NCBI GenBank assembly: GCA_964440375.1 | Contig: CAYTRY010000005.1 | Coordinates: forward strand, 13,884 to 77,883 | Length of the DNA stretch: 64,000 nucleotides | From: an uncultured Bordetella sp. | GTDB taxonomy: Bacteria; Pseudomonadota; Gammaproteobacteria; Burkholderiales; Burkholderiaceae_A | Reading direction: 5' to 3' | Part shown: one piece after another, positions 60,409 to 64,000 of the stretch | Numbering within the stretch: position 1 is the first letter of the stretch | Layout: each line of letters opens with the position of its first letter | The notes under the pieces: generated by a model | The model's database searches: none | Told to the model about the DNA's origin: nothing | Seen by the model: only the letters and a program-made list of their open reading frames with translations | Program-made: the position numbers and the translations under genes

Positions 60409-61796
60409 GACACAAGATTGAGACGATTCATTTTGTCGGCATTGGTGGCTCGGGCATGTCCGGCATTGCGGAAGTCCTGCTCACACTGGGCTATCGGGTG
60501 CAGGGATCTGATGTCGCCCGCAATGCTGCAACGGAGCGGCTCAGCGGCCTTGGGGCCACAATTTTTTATGATCATGCTGCCGAGCACCTTGGTCATGCCA
60601 ATGCCGTGGTGATTTCAAGCGCGGTCCGGCCGGAGAATCCCGAGGTCCGCGCCGCACGACTGCGCCGCATTCCTGTTGTGCCACGCGCCTTGATGCTCGG
60701 CGAGCTGATGCGGCTCAAGCAGGGCATTGCGATTGCCGGCACTCATGGCAAGACCACCACCACGAGTCTTGTCGCCAGCGTATTGGCCCAGGCGGGACTC
60801 GATCCAACCTTTGTCATCGGCGGACGTTTAAACAGCGCAGGCGCAAACGCGCGGCTTGGACTTGGTGACTACATCGTTGCCGAGGCGGATGAGTCGGACG
60901 GCTCTTTTTTAAATCTGCTGCCCATGATTGCGGTCATCACCAATATCGATGAAGACCACATGGAGACCTATGACCATGACATTGCCAAATTAAAGCAGGC
61001 CTTCATTGCATTCACGCAGCGCCTGCCGTTTTATGGCACGGCGGTGGTCTGTGTTGATGACCCGTTTGTGCGGGACATCATTCCAATGATTTCTAAAACA
61101 GTTGTGACCTATGGCTTCGCTGAAGATGCACAGGTGCGCGCGACAGAAGTTCAGGCCGAGGGGCCGGCCATGCGGTTTGTGGTCCATCGTGAGGCGGAGC
61201 CTGCCTGCCCGATCACCTTAAATCTTCCGGGCCGGCACAACGTACAAAATGCCTTGGCGGCCATTGCGGTTGCGACTGAACTCGGCCTTGAAGATACAGC
61301 CATTGTCGCTGCGCTCAGAGATTTTCGTGGTGTGGGCAGACGTTTTCAGGTGGATGCATCACTGCCGGCTGCAGGCGGTGGCCACTTCGCATTGATTGAT
61401 GACTACGGACATCATCCTGCAGAGCTTGCTGCAACGCTTGCCGCTGCCCGGGGTGCTTATCCGGGCCGGCGAATTTTGCTCGCGTTTCAGCCGCATCGAT
61501 ACAGCCGCACCCGTGATTTATTTGAAGATTTTGTGCGTGTGTTGGGCGAGGCGGATCAGCTCTTACTGGCCCCAGTATATGCAGCAGGCGAGCCAGCGAT
61601 TGCCGCGGCAGACGGCAAGGCCCTTGCGCGGGCGATTCGGGTTGCTGGCCGCGTCGAGCCGATTTATGTGGAATCGATTCAAGAGATGCCGGACCGCATC
61701 CGCGCGCATGCGCGCGATGGTGATGTTGTGCTGTGTATGGGTGCAGGCTCCATCGGTGCAGTCGCCGCCACACTCAGAACCCAGGAGACCAGATGA
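60405..61796 (+). CDS. murC: UDP-N-acetylmuramate--L-alanine ligase
   Basis: [38 protein letters not shown]. Confidence 0.98.
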   Translation: MRHKIETIHFVGIGGSGMSGIAEVLLTLGYRVQGSDVARNAATERLSGLGATIFYDHAAEHLGHANAVVISSAVRPENPEVRAARLRRIPVVPRALMLGELMRLKQGIAIAGTHGKTTTTSLVASVLAQAGLDPTFVIGGRLNSAGANARLGLGDYIVAEADESDGSFLNLLPMIAVITNIDEDHMETYDHDIAKLKQAFIAFTQRLPFYGTAVVCVDDPFVRDIIPMISKTVVTYGFAEDAQVRATEVQAEGPAMRFVVHREAEPACPITLNLPGRHNVQNALAAIAVATELGLEDTAIVAALRDFRGVGRRFQVDASLPAAGGGHFALIDDYGHHPAELAATLAAARGAYPGRRILLAFQPHRYSRTRDLFEDFVRVLGEADQLLLAPVYAAGEPAIAAADGKALARAIRVAGRVEPIYVESIQEMPDRIRAHARDGDVVLCMGAGSIGAVAATLRTQETR

Positions 61797-62755
61797 ACCT
61801 TGGGGGTCACGCAAAGCCTGCCTTTCAACGTGTTGCGGTGCTCTTGGGTGGCGAGTCAGCCGAGCGCGAGATTTCTCTGCGATCCGGCACCGGCGTATTG
61901 GCTGCATTACAGCGTTGCGGTGTGAATGCCTTTGGTTTTGATCCCGCCGAGCGGCCTTTGCAGGCCTTAAGGGATGCGTCAGCGGATTGCGCATTTGTTG
62001 CCTTGCATGGCCGATTTGGTGAAGACGGCACCGTACAAGGCATGCTTGAATTATTGAAAATTCCTTACACAGGAAGCGGTGTGATGGCCAGCAGCGTGGC
62101 CATGGATAAGGCCATTACAAAACGGATTTGGCAGCAGGCGCAGCTGCCAACACCAGATTTTGAATTGCTCTCCGAAGACTTTGATGCCGATCGGGTCGTG
62201 AAGCGGCTCGGACTGCCGATGGCAATCAAGCCCGTGATGGAAGGCTCATCGCTTGGCTTTACGCGCGTGGATCGGCAGTCGGATCTTGCGGCGGCCTATC
62301 GAGCGGCCCGTCGATACGATAAGTCGGTGATGGCAGAGCAGTTTGTCTCGGGCCGTGAATTTACCTGTGCGGTCTTACAGGATGCATCGGGCCGGCCCCA
62401 GGCCCTGCCGGTGATCGAGATCCAGGCTCCCGAAGGCCGTTACGACTATCAGAATAAATATTTCGGAGATGCGACACGCTATCTCTGCCCGGCACCGATT
62501 GATGCAGCGCTGACGCAGCAGATCCAGTCTTTATCGGTGGACGCCTTCGAGACGATTCAGTGTGCAGGCTGGGCGCGGGCGGATCTCATGTGGGATGGCA
62601 AAAATGATCCCATGCTTTTGGAGATCAATACATCGCCAGGCATGACGGATCACTCGTTGGTGCCAATGGCCGCCCAGGCCGCAGGCATTTCCTATGACGA
62701 ATTGGTAATGCGGATTCTGGCCCAGGCCAGTCTGAAGATTGGGGCCGTCCAATGA
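61793..62755 (+). CDS. ddl: D-alanine--D-alanine ligase
   Basis: [41 protein letters not shown]. Confidence 0.96.
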   Translation: MNLGGHAKPAFQRVAVLLGGESAEREISLRSGTGVLAALQRCGVNAFGFDPAERPLQALRDASADCAFVALHGRFGEDGTVQGMLELLKIPYTGSGVMASSVAMDKAITKRIWQQAQLPTPDFELLSEDFDADRVVKRLGLPMAIKPVMEGSSLGFTRVDRQSDLAAAYRAARRYDKSVMAEQFVSGREFTCAVLQDASGRPQALPVIEIQAPEGRYDYQNKYFGDATRYLCPAPIDAALTQQIQSLSVDAFETIQCAGWARADLMWDGKNDPMLLEINTSPGMTDHSLVPMAAQAAGISYDELVMRILAQASLKIGAVQ

Positions 62756-63585
62756 GGCCGTCACCGATGCGGGATTTCTGGAATTCGCCTTCAAGGTTAA
62801 ATCGCCTCTCGGGCCTGCTGGTTGCAATCTCAGGCCTGGCGCTGGCTGGACTTTTCTTTTTCTGGATGGCGAATCGTCCTGCCTTTGTCGTGAAGCGGGT
62901 GATTGTGGAATCTGTTGCGGGTGATTTAAAACATGTATCGGCCCCACAGATTCATGCCGCAGTCGCAGAGGCCTTAAACGGCACTGTGTTATCGGCAGAT
63001 TTGGTTCAGGTCCATCGATCACTGCAGGCGATTCCGTGGATTCGCAGTGTGACGGTTCGGCGCATTTGGCCCAATCGTCTGCTGGTACGGCTTGAGGAGC
63101 AACGCGCTGTCGCCGTCTGGCCCAATGGCCGGCTGGTGAATGATGCCGGCGAGTCTTTTGCAGCTCTGGCTGCGGATCATGAAGAAAACTGCCGGCTCAT
63201 TCCTTTGGCGGGTCCTGCGGGCAGTGAGCGTCTGGTGCTTGATCGGGCCCGCTTATTGGCCCAGTGGATTGCGCCAACCCAGCGGCATTTGCAGCGGCTG
63301 ACGCTTTCCGAGCAATACGCCTGGACGGCAGAGCTCACCGGAGGCCTGGTGCTGGAGCTTGGCCGCGATGCGCTTGCCACGCCCGTCGAGGAGCGCGTTC
63401 GTATGTTTGTCAAAACCCAGCCCTGGCTGGCACAGCGGCTGGGACTGCCCGGTGAACCACCGCGGCTGGCGCGGGCAGACCTTCGTTATGCCATCGGCTA
63501 CGCCTTCGTGCCGCTGCCAGCTGGCGCCGAGATTCCATCTCGTGGCGCGGACCCAACACCGCTTTGTATTGGAGTGCACACATGA
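62752..63585 (+). CDS. ftsQ: Cell division protein FtsQ
   Basis: N-terminal TM, POTRA PWIRSVTVRRIWPNRL, C-terminal DLRY; between ddl and ftsA. Confidence 0.93.
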   Translation: MRPSPMRDFWNSPSRLNRLSGLLVAISGLALAGLFFFWMANRPAFVVKRVIVESVAGDLKHVSAPQIHAAVAEALNGTVLSADLVQVHRSLQAIPWIRSVTVRRIWPNRLLVRLEEQRAVAVWPNGRLVNDAGESFAALAADHEENCRLIPLAGPAGSERLVLDRARLLAQWIAPTQRHLQRLTLSEQYAWTAELTGGLVLELGRDALATPVEERVRMFVKTQPWLAQRLGLPGEPPRLARADLRYAIGYAFVPLPAGAEIPSRGADPTPLCIGVHT

Positions 63586-63618
63586 ATTTGCGCCCAAAGA
63601 ATTTTGTGAGGACACCAA

Positions 63619-64000
63619 ATGACGCGTGAAGCCAAAAACTTAATCGTCGGACTGGATATTGGAACTTCCAAGATCGTCACGATTGTTGCGGAAATTCTTG
63701 AGGATGGCCGGCTTGAAGTCATCGGGCTGGGCCAGGCCGATTGCGAGGGCCTTAAAAAAGGCGTGGTCGTCAATATTGATGCAACGGTCCAGTCGATTCA
63801 GAAATCGCTCGAAGATGCGGAGCTGATGGCCGATTGCAAGATCGCCGCCGTCTGGACTGGCATTGCAGGCAGCCATATTCGGAGCTTTAACTCGACCGGC
63901 ATGGTGGCCATCAAAGAAAAAGAAGTTTCGCAGACCGATGTCGATCGTGTGATTGAGACGGCCACTGCGGTCAGCGTGCCCTCCGATCAGCAGGTGCTGC
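63619..64000 (+). CDS. ftsA: Cell division protein FtsA (3' truncated by window edge; not in the ORF track)
   Basis: Hand translation from ATG 63619: MTREAKNLIVGLDIGTSKIVTIVAE...GLKKGVVVNIDATVQSIQ...GIAGSHIRSFNSTGMVAIK. Confidence 0.96.
   Translation, partial: MTREAKNLIVGLDIGTSKIVTIVAEILEDGRLEVIGLGQADCEGLKKGVVVNIDATVQSIQKSLEDAELMADCKIAAVWTGIAGSHIRSFNSTGMVAIKEKEVSQTDVDRVIETATAVSVPSDQQVL

Overview
Gene-dense, GC-rich chromosomal backbone of a Betaproteobacterium (Burkholderiales-type proteins and gene order). It runs from the end of the alpha ribosomal operon (rpoA 3' part, rplQ) through hemB, engB, cytochrome c4 with system II biogenesis genes, msrPQ, lysA, lptM, cyaY, mrcA, aroKB, gltBD, a small DNA-repair-like cluster, uvrA/MFS/ssb, aspS-nudB-clsB, an ATM1-type ABC transporter, gltIJKL, ttuC/ttuD, pyrC, an orphan hybrid histidine kinase, RNase P RNA and gloA, to the dcw cluster (mraZ to the 5' part of ftsA). 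I saw no CRISPR array, prophage, tRNA or rRNA. The most unusual element is an intact Y1/HUH (RAYT-like) transposase gene directly upstream of gltBD. It lacks the first HUH histidine and the catalytic tyrosine but keeps a C-terminal AT-hook, and GGG(G)TCAGAC / TG(A/T)CCCC motifs flank it, two of them in the gltB promoter region. It is a candidate domesticated transposase acting as a regulator. Other points of note: an unannotated multi-hairpin sRNA between hemB and engB (anti-hemB-like), a phage-type SSB at the canonical host ssb locus, a DEDDh/GIY-YIG plus KTSC module, a possibly degenerate MenA-like membrane protein, and signs of genome compaction such as no pilMNOPQ between mrcA and aroK. 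All family calls come from motif recognition by eye; no database searches were run.
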